From assembly GCA_964016885.1 (NCBI GenBank), contig OZ024742.1, forward strand, positions 328,910,001 to 328,974,000: a stretch of 64,000 nt of DNA. The letters run 5' to 3'. This document shows positions 34,240-48,071 of this stretch, piece by piece. Position 1 is the stretch's first letter. Every line of letters starts with the position of its first letter. A program made the translations under genes and the position numbers. The notes below the pieces were generated by a model that had not been told where the DNA came from, searched no databases, and saw only the letters and a list, made by a program, of their open reading frames with translations. This stretch comes from Eledone cirrhosa (Eukaryota).

Positions 34240-34488
34240 CAGAGATAGTTTAAAGCTAAACTCTGACTGGTAACCATCTCACTCAACAAACATAGTTTAT
34301 ATTTAAATATAAAGCCAATTTAAGTGTTTGGGGTGCTAACAATATGTAAAATGTGGAAAAAGCAGTTGTATTATTTTATGAGATATAAATAAAGTTAAAG
34401 TATATCTCTCTTTACAAAAAATTGTTTCATTATATGTTTTCTACATGTTGGGAGAATATTTCCAGTTTATGTAGAAGCCTAATATATA

Positions 34489-34556
<68 letters not shown>

Positions 34557-35073
34557 TACTACTGCACCAAATGACCAGCCCTGTCCATTGTTCAATTGGT
34601 CAAGTATAGATTAAAATAGGCACTCCCAACAATTCTTATTTAGATACAATAAACCATATACTCATTGTATTCTCATTAGAAACCCTTTATATACTTGTTT
34701 ACCAGTACATTGAATTGCCATCTGTCATATACTATCCCCTCTCTTCCTTCTTTATTCAACTAATATAAATATTTCAATTTTCTTATTTTTTCCAATTTAT
34801 CTCTGAAGAAGTGACAACTGATTATACATTTGCTATCGAATACTTGCTAACATTATATGATTACGCAAGCAGCGATACTTAGGTATTCCGTCTGTTACAG
34901 AAACATATGTCAATACCTAATAAATTCCTTTTTTAAAAAAAAGCACTTTCATTTTATATTCATCTTTTCTACATTTTCTCCGGAATATAATTTATACTCG
35001 TTGAGCAAACCTACACGTACGCTCTTCATCTCTAACGTAACGATATATTATCACTACATTATTGATAACCTGA

Positions 35074-35124
<51 letters not shown>

Positions 35125-35899
35125 CATATATATTTACATATATATTATTATAAATAATCTTTCAACATATTTGCATACTAGCCAAGGTTTCAAAGTTGTA
35201 TAATTCCTAGAGACGTTATATCTGCTGGTGTTGTTTATTTTTCAAGAATTGCCTGAAAGATGAGCGGCTCAAGCAGACATATCCTCTCTATAACATATGT
35301 TAGAGTAGGCTTGCAAAACGTATATAGCAATTTGAGAAATTATTCTTAATAATTCAATCAATTGCGAACACACACACACACACACACACACATACACACA
35401 CATACACACACAATCACACACGCACACACACGCACACATACACACACACACATATATATATATATACTTTTAGACGAAGAATAAATATATTTATATATTT
35501 ATGCATCCATGGCTAGTTGCATTACCTATGTATATTATATCCACCACTTCATCCTGCCAATTCTACCAAACTTTTCATTAATCCCATATACACTCACCTT
35601 CACAGTCACCCTCTTCCTCCCGATGACCAGTTAATATTTTAGGTATATGCCCATTATCACCCATAACAATTTCAAACATCCCTATCCTTCATCCACTGAC
35701 ACCACAACCCTGCCCACCTATCTTAATTAGCCCTTCTCAATAAATCCCCTTTCCTCCACCACTAATCTTCCTTTATTAAAACTGTGTCTACTCTTGAAAC
35801 GTTAATTCTTTGCTGATGAATCTGTGATAAACTGGTGAAATTCCAGAGTAACATATCTCGCCAATTAGCATTAATAAATAAATTAATTTTGAAAATCTA

Positions 35900-36203
35900 C
35901 TTCCGTTGAGAGGTCTGAACCTTCAGCTTGCAACTGGGAAGTTGGGCGTTCAATTCTCGGACGGGATGGTGCATTGTGTCCTTAAGCAACACGATTTAAG
36001 TCACGTTGCTCATGTTTGCTGAGCTGTAGAAATGTGTTGCGACGTCACTGGTACCAATTTTGTCAGAATTTGCCTTACTCTTGAAAAACGTCGGTAACGT
36101 GGAGTGGAGACTGGTCTGCATCTGTGACTGCTCGCTCACGACAGACAACCTTGAACAAACTTGTGCCCCGTCGGTCATACGCGCACGGCGGGGGTCTTTA
36201 CAT
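35900..36203 (+). mobile_element. Degenerate SINE of a second family
   Basis: GTTCAATTCTC B-box remnant followed by GTGTCCTTAAGCAA, homologous to the GTCCTTGAGCAAGACAC of 44730-44845. Confidence 0.6.
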
Positions 36204-36462
36204 TACACACACACATATATGAATGTATGTATAGTATATTTGGCAATATAAAGTATGTTTATTTAAACACATTTAGAAGACCATACGCTATCAGTTTTAA
36301 AGTAGTGACTATATCACTTACTTCTTTTCGGCGAAAGAGGCTCCTTTAAAACTGATAGCGTATGGTCCTCTAAATATTGTTAACTAAACATACGGTATAT
36401 TGCCAAATAGACTATACATACATGTATACATCGCTATTTCAGAGCACCAATCCTAACACCTA

Positions 36463-36564
<102 letters not shown>

Positions 36565-36700
36565 TGCATATATAAATTCGTGCATACAAGTTAAATATAC
36601 GTAATTTCTTATATACTAAATAAGTTCGCTTCCAATATATTGAGCATTGTTTTCCTTGATATTTTATTTACAGGTTTCCCGCATACACACGCACACACAC

Positions 36701-36738
<38 letters not shown>

Positions 36739-36817
36739 TTTTTATGAGATTGGCACCTTCCAGCCCTTTTAAAGTCGAGCACTCTTCAGTCAATAGGATT
36801 TTAAACCAATACTGAAC

Positions 36818-38954
36818 ATGGATAAATACCCTTTGGATTACTCTATTAAGAATATCCCAACACCTTCTAACACTTTCTACACGAAAATGCTGATAGACAA
36901 AGTAGAGAGGGTTGTTAAAAGTATTAGATGGAAAGCTGTGATTCTCGATGGAGACTTTAATACAGATTCTACGGAATATTTTGACATCAAAACACATAAA
37001 TACCCACAAAGAGTAAAAGATATGACCGCTTTTGAACTAGACCTAGTTAATCTGATCAACAATATTAATTTTAGTAAGTACTCTAACCCTTTTCAATCTA
37101 AACTATCTAATGATATTTCAACATTCAAATCTTCTAATAATAAGTTCATTTTCTCCGACAAAACTAAAAACCTATATGAAGTTAATAATAATTTACACGA
37201 CCAACTATTAATAGATAATATCACCTCTAAATACCAAATAGCTAATATAAACACATATCATAATATAAATAAGGAAGCTAAAGAATTAGATGTTTCTTTA
37301 AAAATAGATAATAGGACAGAAAAACTTGCTAAACGTAATGGATATATCACCCTTAAAGATCACAAACCTGATTTTATTAATCGTCCTAGTTGTAGATTAA
37401 TCAACCCTGCTAAGACTGATATTCGTCTTGCCAGCAAAAATTTTTTAAATAATATAAATACACATATTAGAAGTAAGTCTAAATTACTCCAATGGATAAA
37501 TAGCTCTTCCGTAGTACATTGGTTTAATAAAATTAATAACAAAAATAGTTCTAGATTCACCCAATTTGACATTGTAGATTTCTACCCATCTATCGCTCAG
37601 ACTCTTTTAGCGAAAGCTTTACATTTCGCAAGAGAGTTTACCAATATCTCTGATATTGAAGAGAATGTCATCTTGCACGCCAGAAACACTCTACTCTTAA
37701 CAATAATGACACTTGGGTAAAAATATCTAACTCAGAGAGCCCAATCGATGTCTCAATGGGCTCTAATGACAGTGCTAATGTTTGAGATTTAGTCGGCCTA
37801 TTCCTCCTACACACACTTAAAGACAAATTCCCTAATCATATTTTGGGGCTTTATCGCGACGATGGTTTAATACTTTCCCATACTACCATAAGCCATAACT
37901 TAGATAGATTAAGGAAAGACTTAATAAAAACCTTTGCTAGTTTTAATCTTAAAATTACTATTGACACTAACCTTTCCAATGTAAATTTCCTAGATATAAA
38001 CCTAGATTTGCCTACTGCTTCTTATAAACCATACCATAAACCTAATGAAAATTTAAAATATATAAATAAAGGCTCTTGCCATCCTCCTATAGTTTTACAA
38101 AACTTATCCCTAATATTAGCCGTAGGATCTCCACCCTCTCTTCCTCAGAAGCTATTTTCAATAAGGCATCCCCCTACTATAATAAAGACCTCCAAAATAG
38201 CGGTTTTAGCGAACTGATTAAATACATACCGAACTATACTAACTCTATTAAACATAATAAGAGGAAAAGAAAAATAATCTGGTTCACACACCCCTACTCT
38301 CTAGCAGTTAAAACTAATATAGGCAAAACATTCATAGAACTCTTAGATAAACATTTCCCTAGAACACATAGATACTATAAGATCTTTAACAGAAACTGTG
38401 TCAAAATTAGCTACTCCTGCGGTCCCCCTATTAATTCTTATATAATCAACAAAAAATCACCTAGAGAACATCAAAATTGCTCCTATAGAATCAAAAGTGA
38501 ATGCCCATTACAAGGTAAATGCAACACCAAAGCCATTGTATATGCAGCTAAAGTGAAAACTATCAGCAACAACCAACCAGCCACCAGTGAACGATATGTG
38601 GGTATGACGCAAGACAAATTCAAAACGCGTTATTACTCACATGTCGCCTCCTTTCGACATCCAGAAAAAAAATTTACAACAGCTCTGGCTAGCAGAATAT
38701 GGGATTTGAAAGACCAAGGTATCCAATATAAATTGGATTGGTCAATTTTGAACCAATCTAAAGAATATGCGAGAGGAACAAGAAAATGCACGCTCTGCAT
38801 AAATGAAATATATTGGATTTTGCAAAACCTTAAATCACCAAAGACCTGCCTAAACACAAAGACAGAAATGTTCACCAGTTGCCCACACATGAAATCACAC
38901 CTGCTTTCCAGCTCATATAAACTTAACACACTTTCAGATACTTATCCTCCATAA
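36818..38954 (+). pseudogene. Penelope-type RT + GIY-YIG endonuclease
   Basis: YSIKNIP, SDKT, CRLINP, QFDIVDFYPSI, SMGS, GLYRDDGL, NFLDI, HPP, CPLQGKC, IVY...YVGMT...FKTRYYSH, CTLCINE; frameshifts at ~37697 and ~38105, in-frame TGA at 37783. Confidence 0.92.
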
Positions 38955-39021
38955 GCTCTTATTCTTCACTCAAATTATTCTCTTTAAGACTACCTTTTCT
39001 GATTTACTTTCATTTTTAACC

Positions 39022-39204
39022 TTATTTTTATTTTTATTTTTATTTTTATTTTTATTTTTATTTTTATTTTTATTTTTATTTTTATTTTTATTTTTATTTT
39101 TATTTTTATTTTTATTTTTATTTTTATTTTTATTTTTATTTTTATTTTTATTTTTATTTTTATTTTTATTTTTATTTTTATTTTTATTTTTATTTTTATT
39201 TTTA
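39022..39204. repeat. (TTTTTA)~30 hexamer tandem repeat
   Basis: Directly visible, perfect. Confidence 0.98.
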
Positions 39205-39489
39205 CTTCACATCCACCACTAACCCCCCCCCACTTTACTCTCAGCTTCACTTACCTAATATCTTCACTTTCCACCTTTTATTTTTTCTCCACTACCTGAT
39301 TATACAGGTCACTTGCGTTTTCCACTCCAGATATTTTCTGTTATTTCGAAGCCAGTTTTATATATTTTTATATTTTTATATTTGCACTCACTCATTCACA
39401 AGGCTGTTTTTACACCCTGTCTCTATGTGTCTGAGCGTCTTTACTTTCTGTATATGTACACGAACGCCTCCGTATGTACGCGCGCGTGC

Positions 39490-39527
<38 letters not shown>

Positions 39528-40002
39528 TTGTATGTGTGTTTTTATATCTGTGTCTTTACATCCATGATTTTGTACATTCTTATTTTTATGTGTGTGCATG
39601 TTAGCGGGTCACCGTGCGTGTGTGTATGTATGTGTGTGTGTGTGAGTGTGTACGTACTGCATATATGGATGTGTATGTGTGCATGTATATATATATATAT
39701 ATATATATATTTATGTGTGTGTATGTGTTGTGTGCGTATACAGTCGCGTATGTATGCGTATTAGATATACACGGGGCGATGTGTATGTATATATATATAT
39801 GTGCATCCTGTGTGTGTATGTACGCTTGCATACGCTTTTGTCTGCACCTTTTGCGTATATATATATATATTTTTATAGATATATGTTTCTTTTAGATATA
39901 TGTGTGTATGTACGTGTGTACCTTGTTTGTTTTCTTTTCTTTACTTTGCAAATGTATTGTTCCATTTTTATAATTATATCGAGAACGATACTTTCTTTTA
40001 AC

Positions 40003-40072
40003 TATTACATTCCCTTTTACTATTACATTCTCTTTTACTATTACATTCCCTTTTACTATTACATTCTCTTTT
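40003..40072. repeat. 18 bp minisatellite TATTACATTCYCTTTTAC x4
   Basis: Directly visible, alternating C/T variants. Confidence 0.9.
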
Positions 40073-40464
40073 TCTTCCGCATATAAGTGTACGCGCGTGC
40101 GTGTGTGTTTATACGCGTGCCTTCATATTCTTATAATGAATCTAACACCCTGATTTCTCTGTATACCTGTCAACCAGGCATTCATATCATGTGTGTGTCT
40201 ATCGTTACATATACACAGATATACTCGCCCTAATACATATATTTACGCACACATTTTCACTATACACACGCATTTGTACATACATACATATGTATATCTG
40301 TGAGTGTATATACATGCATATACACACACCTAAATATATTTCTTTAAATATGTTTTTATATAATTTATATTTTATATGTCTATTGTATTACCTTCATCTA
40401 TATATATATATAATTTTTCTTGCATTTCTTGAGGAGACTTTCAAAATATTTATTTATGTTTTAT

Positions 40465-40542
40465 ATTGCCTCGTCCGACGAACGAATGAAGATGTCTCTT
40501 TCGTATTCGTCTTATTCGGGAAACCTCTGGTAATGAGGTAAT
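40465..40542 (+). ncRNA. Type I hammerhead ribozyme motif with variant core
   Basis: 10 bp stem I ATTGCCTCGT/ATGAGGTAAT, core CCGACGA (U4C), stem II CGAAT(G)AAGATG/CGTCTTATTCG, GAAA, stem III ACC/GGT, GTA triplet. Confidence 0.75.
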
Positions 40543-41706
40543 TATTTTGTATTGATTTTTATACATTAAATTTTGCTCTGGTACTTACATAGAGCACTCT
40601 TCACTCCTATGATTTTTTCTATTTTCAACGGAAACTTCAATACTTATATATATATATATTAGAAAGTGAGGTTCTTTTTACAAAATGAAAAATAACCGAG
40701 GTGTCCTACACGAGTGAAAGTATAAATAAAAAGAGATGAAATCGAAAATGCAACTGGAGTCTTATTTTTTTAAAAAATATATATATTTATTTGGTTCCTT
40801 TACCGGTTTCGCAGTTCTTCTGCTTTTCAAAAGGTGAGTTGAGATGGAGGGTCTGTGGTTTTTCTCACATTGTATATATATATATACAATGAAATGAGTG
40901 AAAATATTTCATCTTATTAGGGTTAGTAGTTCTAAGTGTTTTAATAACACTGGCGTAATCCCCATAGTGACAAACAAACAGTCAACCAATTGAGAATATA
41001 CTATAAATCATAGTTATTGTATTGTCTGTCATTGGTTTTATCTAATGTTTAATGTCTGAGTGTAAATGTAGTGAAACCATATATAGATGTGTATATGATT
41101 GCATATACGTAAATATAGGCACACATTTATATACATATACATACACACAGGTACACATTTATATACATATACAACCCCCCCCCACACACACACATATATA
41201 TATATATATATAATATACAGTTATTACAACAGCGCCATACCAGGTACGTACATTTTGTTAACCCTAAAGACCAGCTTGTTCAACCTGCACCGATGCAAAT
41301 GACCCTGAAAATGTTTACTTAGAAAGGAAAAAAACAGAACAATGGGGACGGACAGAAGAGCCTCGAATCCAAGGGAGACAGTTTGAGAGAAAAGAAAAAA
41401 ACGAACAAACGCAAAATTAGCAAATACCTATGAAGATGCTATGAAAATATTCCGTAGATTAAAAATTATTTTGGGTGAAACACATAAATCAATATTAAGG
41501 ATGTCAATTTTGGAAAAAATACTTAGAAACGTCAGAACCTCGCGAGAAAACTATATTTCCATGTGCTAAGTTGTTTGCTATTGTTGTAGAGATTATTCAA
41601 TATCCAACAATGTTTGCCATTGCATAATCTGCAGGACTTGCGACCATTTATACAAGGTTGAGATTTTTCTAGTATCTTCCATTTAATTGAGAATTCTATA
41701 TATATA

Positions 41707-42034
41707 CAGTGGAACCTCGCTCCAGGAACGCCTCTTATGACGAAGAAATCGGTTGACTAACAATTTTTCCGAAATTTAACTCCTCGGTTCATGAACGGCA
41801 TCTCGTGTAACGAACAGGCAAGCCGGCGACAGCAATTGGGAAGAAGCTTGAAGTATCGGTGGGAAAGCGTCACGTTGTGCGTAGTTAGTTATGATGGTGA
41901 TATTTATCCATCTTTAACACGGTCTCTCACTCTCTCATCATTTTTTATGGGAAAAATAGTTTCAGATTACTAAGATTTCGGATGACGAATGGCCGTCAGG
42001 AACCAATTAATTTAGTGAAACGAGGTTTCACTTC
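41707..42034. mobile_element. Tigger/pogo-type MITE
   Basis: TIRs CAGTGGAACCTCG ... CGAGGTTTCACT, TA on the left flank, no coding capacity. Confidence 0.75.
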
Positions 42035-42044
42035 ATACATGTAA

Positions 42045-43678
42045 CTAGGGCGGGTAAAATTCCCGAGATCCATGAACGAGTTCTCTCCAGCGGTCTCTGT
42101 CCCTCATTATCGCTGCCATGTCCTGCGTCTCCAACAGACCAGTGTCTGTCCTTAGGGCATCAACATACGTTAACCTTGGTCTTCCTCTTCCAGTGTGTCC
42201 ATGTAGGGGCTCCCACAGGAGCACTGAGTGCAATGTCAACTATGGATGTCGGTGAGCATGTCCAGCTAACCTCAGTCTCCTCTGTGTCACTTTTGAGCTG
42301 GCTTTTCGGAGGCTCCCATACAGCTCTGAATTTTTCATCCTCAGTGTATACTGTTTAATGTTCAGAGCCATCCTCAGCATTCTCGTGTAGCACCCATCCA
42401 CCATCTGAGTGAGTTTCTTGGTCAGTGTCCAAGTCTCAAACCCGTACAGCAGCACAGACTCCACTACAGCATTGAAGAGGTGGATTTTCAGGTCTTTACG
42501 AAGGTCCGACTTCCACACCGATCTCAAGCTGTGGCACGCCGCCCAGTCTTTGCTCTTCCTCTCAACCACATCATATTCCGTATTCCCAATCTTTGCTCCC
42601 AAATACAGGAAGCCCTCAACCAATTCTAGCGGCTTCCCGCCTACATTAGTGATCCCCTCTGGCTTCTCAACATTCTCTACCAGATATTTTGTTTTAGTCT
42701 CATTCATTCTCAGCCCCACACTCATCGACACAGTTTCAACCTCCCGCATCAAATCCTCTGCCTCCTTCACTGTATTTGTCACCAAAATTATGTCGTCGGC
42801 AAATTCAGCATCTGATACATTTTTCGCCTTAACTCTCCTGCTCTGCGCCGGTGCTACAGTAAAGCCAGAGTCCTGGTGTTTCTCCAGTGCAAGGCGCATA
42901 CAATAGTCCACTACGGTGATAAAAAGGTAGGGAGCACTCCCGCCAGTTTCTCAAAGAACTCTGTCATCCAATCTGGTGAAATGACTTGGGCTTTAGTTTT
43001 GGTGTAGAGCAGTGATACCAGGTCCACTATCTTCTTGGGGATAGGAAGAGGAAATGGCTAGACCATTATAGGACCCTACTAGGAGAGCCACCCTCCACAG
43101 CCCAGAGCACTCGGGATATCAGGCAGCTGTTTGAGGAACTGGATATTGAGACAGAGCCCTTCACCAGAGAGGAGCTTCAGAGAGCCAAAAAGAGGATCAA
43201 GAAGGGCATGGCTCATGGAGAAGATGGAGTGGCATCAGAGGTGATGAAGATGCGTGATTTTGATGATATCATCCTGGGGTTCTGTAACCGGGGTCTGGAG
43301 AAAGGAGTTGCCCCGAATCAGTGGAGGATCAGTAACATCGTCCCAGTGCCAAAGAAGGGAGATCACTCTAACGCCAACAACTACAGGGGGATCTCACTGA
43401 CGTCACTTGTGGCAAAGACCCTCAACAGGACGATTCTTAACAGGATCCAGCCTGAGATGGAGAAGAAGCTCAGGGACAATCAGAACGGCTTCAGAGAAGG
43501 AAGATCAACCACCAGTCACATCCTGATCTGAGGAGGATATTAGAGGGAGCTAGAGAACAGTGCCTCCCTGCGGTCATGGTTTTCATTGACTTTAGGAAGG
43601 CCTTTGACTCTGTGGACCGTTACTGCCTGGTGAAGATCTTACAGGCTTATGGAAACCCCAAGAAGATAGTGGACCTGA
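42045..43678 (-). mobile_element. RTE-clade LINE fragment with inverted 5' part
   Basis: Minus 43045-42045: EFADD, FLYLG, VESVLLYG, RLRLAGH, GRGRPR...RDRWR; plus 43046-43678: IVPVPKKGD, NYRGISL, NQNGFREGRST, DFRKAFDSV. Confidence 0.88.
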
Positions 43679-43682
43679 TATA

Positions 43683-43770
<88 letters not shown>

Positions 43771-44403
43771 TTATATTTTTTCGGAGTCCTTGACTGCCTA
43801 CACATGTATATACATTTACACATTTGTAATATATAGGCGTGTCAACACGCCTATATATTACAATGTAATGTATTTCCATGTAAAATTAACAAATGATAAA
43901 CACCTTCGAAACATATCATCATCATCATCATCATCATCATCACCATATATTTATCACACTTGCAAACACTATCAGCAATATTATCAACAGTGTAATCGCC
44001 ATCAACACCATACCCGCTCCGATCAACCTTTTCCTTATTTCTTCCCCCGTTACGTGATTTTAATTCTTTTCTGCTAGCTTCCTCTTCTATTCACACCCTA
44101 TACATTTCTATTTGTCCTATCTTCCTTTCTATCACATGTATTCTCATTCTTTTCCTTTCTTTCCGTCTTTCTACATCTTCTACCACTACGTTCATACAAT
44201 TCCTTTGCTCTTTTTTCTTTTAGAATCAATCAAATGAATGTTGCTCTCCATTCCTAATGTATTCCTTCAATAGATTAGACTAGATTATTTGAAACAGATC
44301 TTACATTCCTCTTCTAAGCACTCAGCTTCTCTCTAAAGTCTCTTTTCATATTATTTCATTCCTCCTAAACCATATTGTCAATTTATGCACACTGATATGA
44401 ATA

Positions 44404-44729
<326 letters not shown>

Positions 44730-44845
44730 GGCGTGTGGCTGAGTGGTTAGAGAATTAGATTCACAATCTTGAGGCTGTGAGTTCGATTCCTGGACCGGGC
44801 GATGCGTTATGTCCTTGAGCAAGACACTTTATTTCACGTTCCTCC
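44730..44845 (+). mobile_element. tRNA-derived SINE head (second family)
   Basis: A box TGGCTGAGTGG, B box GAGTTCGATTCC, followed by GTCCTTGAGCAAGACACTT. Confidence 0.8.
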
Positions 44846-45027
44846 TTCTACCTGGAGTTGCGACGATAGATAGTACTAGCAACTGGAAAGACCAACGGAA
44901 ACATTGTTTCCTCGGTCCGATTTGACGAAAGTCGATCGATAAAAAAAAATATATATATATATATGTCCCAAGGCTCTGATACCATCAACACTATAAACAC
45001 AGAGCTGGCATATCTAAGAAATGACTA

Positions 45028-45083
45028 ACTGCCTGATGAGGTCATAGCCATTCAATGGCTATCATCGAAATATATATAGCAGT
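45028..45083 (+). ncRNA. Type I hammerhead ribozyme motif
   Basis: ACTGC/GCAGT stem I, CTGATGA, stem II ATAGCCA/TGGCTAT, GAAA, short palindromic stem III, ATA triplet. Confidence 0.8.
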
Positions 45084-45138
45084 AAATAAAGGATCATGAG
45101 TTCATGCAATTGACTTATATTTCGTCACTATATATATA

Positions 45139-45169
<31 letters not shown>

Positions 45170-45538
45170 TGACAGAGAGAGAGAGACAGAGAGAGAGAGA
45201 GAGATTCTAGAAGCCATTTCTATATTAATTTTATTGTATACACTGCACTAATGTATTGAGTTCCTAACTTATTGTGGTTCCCCCCTATTGAACTCGGATC
45301 TCACATTGTGAGGCTAGATTTTGAAGGCAAGATATAGAAGTAATAACTCATCAGGGGACGGGCTGCAGAAGATGTGAGATGATGTCGTTTGGCGGCCGAG
45401 TGATGACTGCAAGGCATAATCCTGAGCACCACAGAAATATGTATTACGGGAGAATCTGAAAAACATTACTTAAATAAAAAATACTTAAATAAGATGACTA
45501 CATCTGCCCATTTTAACTATTATTATACACACACATCA

Positions 45539-45592
<54 letters not shown>

Positions 45593-45597
45593 TGTGT

Positions 45598-45686
<89 letters not shown>

Positions 45687-46129
45687 AGATACTCATAATC
45701 ATATATCAGGTTTGCCTGAAGGCTGCTACGCAACTCACCATGATAGAAAAGGCAAGCACATATGGTAGCAAATATGCGATGGAATAACGAGTCACGTTTC
45801 TCGAAACAAGTAAAGCCATGTTAAATCGTTCTTTCAGAGCACAGTTAAGGTAGGTGAAAGTAGAGGTAGACAAGAAAATCCTGGCCCGACAACATCAAGG
45901 ATTGTATATATAGATATATATATACATAATAATATATATATATATGTGTGTGTATCCCGTGTTCAATGGAGGGGAGGGGGTGTAACCAGAGTAATTAAGG
46001 TACTCAATGCATAGCAGAGTATAAATCTTTAATATAAAAAATGTCTTCTACAGGACTAGAACTTTTTCCTTCGAATGAAACAGTTCTAGTCCTGTAGAAG
46101 CCATTCCTATAATATATATATATATAGGG

Positions 46130-46163
<34 letters not shown>

Positions 46164-46178
46164 TTGTGTGTGTGTGTG

Positions 46179-46245
<67 letters not shown>

Positions 46246-46952
46246 ATATACCTATATTTATAATAAAATAGCTGTAGACCTACCTAAGAGAATTGTAAAT
46301 TTTACTTATATTTTCATTTCGTATGTGGTAAATATTAAACATAGTTATTTTCTTATATCACATTACAAGTCCTTCTCAACCATTCCGCCTTCAATAATAG
46401 CAACACTCGCACTACAAACAGCTCCTCACCACCATTCCACCATCTCTAATAACAACGCAATTACTTTTAGTCCCTCCTCCTTCTTCCCCGATCACTAATA
46501 AAATCTCTTACTTTCTAATGTCAAGCACACAAACTGAAAACTAATTAGTATTCGGATCAAACTAAAACAATTACTTTCTTTGGCATTTCAATTGAACTCT
46601 GATTAAAAAATTAAACAAAATAACATTTACATTTTTGTTCCTGTAAAATAAAATCGAAAACTAAGAATGTTTCTCACTCTCAATGGACTAAATCACATCG
46701 AATTTTTGTTCAAGCTATACCAGTTTAGCAGTGTTAATACCCACATTTTCCACCCAAGGGTAGTTTACTCGATTTATTTGAGTTATAGTTTATCTGTAGC
46801 TTTTCAAAACTCAGACATATTTTCAACTTTCCTCAATGCATAAAAAACAAATCTCCAGATTGAACCGTTAGTGCTTTTAATTGAACTCTATTAAAAACAA
46901 AGCAAAACAAACTAATTACATTTTCATTCATGTAAATGATATAGAAAATTAA

Positions 46953-47224
46953 AAATGAACTAGATCTCATGAAGCCTATGTTCAAGCTATGCCCGAACGG
47001 CAGTACGTAGCATGGTCATATCAAGAATCGAAGTCGTATAGTTTAGTTGTTAGGATGTTCAGCTCACGTTCATAATGCCGGGAGTTCGATTCTTGACGGT
47101 GTATCGTGTCTTTGAGCAAGGCAATTCGTTTCTGATGCGGCGTATCCACCAATCTCACTATAGTTAACTCCTTAGACTTGAACCTAGACTTACGTACATA
47201 CACCCATAAACCTTTCTATAATAA

Positions 47225-47265
<41 letters not shown>

Positions 47266-47302
47266 TTAGAATCAGCTACACACACACACACACACACACA
47301 CA

Positions 47303-47376
<74 letters not shown>

Positions 47377-47672
47377 CAGCTACACACACATATATATGTA
47401 TAATTACTATAGAAAGGTTTATAGGGGTGTGTACGTAAGTCTAGCTTCAAGTCTAAGTTAACTAGAGTGAGGTTGGTGAATACGTCTCATCAGAAACAAA
47501 ATATCTTGCTCAAAGACACGATACACCGTCAAAATTCGAACTCACGGCATTATGAACGTGACCTGAAGAACCTAACCACTAAACTCTACGGTTTCGATTC
47601 TAGATATAGCCATGTCACATACTGCCGCACGGGCATAGCTTCAACACAGTCTTCATGAGATCTAGTTCATTT
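46953..47672. repeat. Diverged ~270 bp inverted duplication (containing a SINE head) around a TA/CA tract
   Basis: 46953-47230 is the reverse complement of 47399-47672 with scattered mismatches. Confidence 0.88.
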
Positions 47673-47840
47673 TAAATTATATATACATAAGTATGGTTAT
47701 ATCTAGAATCGAAGCCGTATATATATATAATTTTAAATGAACTAGATCTCATGAAAACTGTGTTGAAGCTATTGATTTAATCAAGGTACTACCTTGATTA
47801 AATCTTAACCATTTAATATCTCAGGGTATGTCATGTATCA

Positions 47841-47901
47841 TTATATTTTGTCTGATGAGGACGTACTGTTGTACATCCGAAATATGTATAATAAAATGTA
47901 A
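47841..47901 (+). ncRNA. Type I hammerhead ribozyme motif
   Basis: 11 bp stem I TTATATTTTGT/ATAAAATGTAA, CTGATGA, stem II GGA.GTAC/GTAC.TCC, GAAA, stem III ATA/TAT, ATA triplet. Confidence 0.85.
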
Positions 47902-47929
47902 TTGATCAAAATAACGTCTCATTTATTAA

Positions 47930-47974
<45 letters not shown>

Positions 47975-48016
47975 ATACTTTGGGAGGTTCATGTTGCCAA
48001 TAAGAAACACACGCAC

Positions 48017-48071
<55 letters not shown>

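Larger units (their letters stand above)
36740..40640 (+). mobile_element. Penelope-like element (Naiad-like), degenerate; boundaries approximate
   Basis: RT + GIY-YIG ORF, long microsatellite-rich 3' region, downstream hammerhead motif, GAGCACTCTTCA repeated at ~36777 and ~40592, (TA)n flanks. Confidence 0.75.

Noticed and set aside
38955-39500. SECIS element downstream of the Penelope ORF
   Set aside because: No RTGA...AA...GA kink-turn hairpin could be identified by eye
44730-44805. Possible tRNA gene
   Set aside because: A and B boxes are present but the acceptor stem does not pair and it continues into SINE body sequence; the same applies to the other SINE heads
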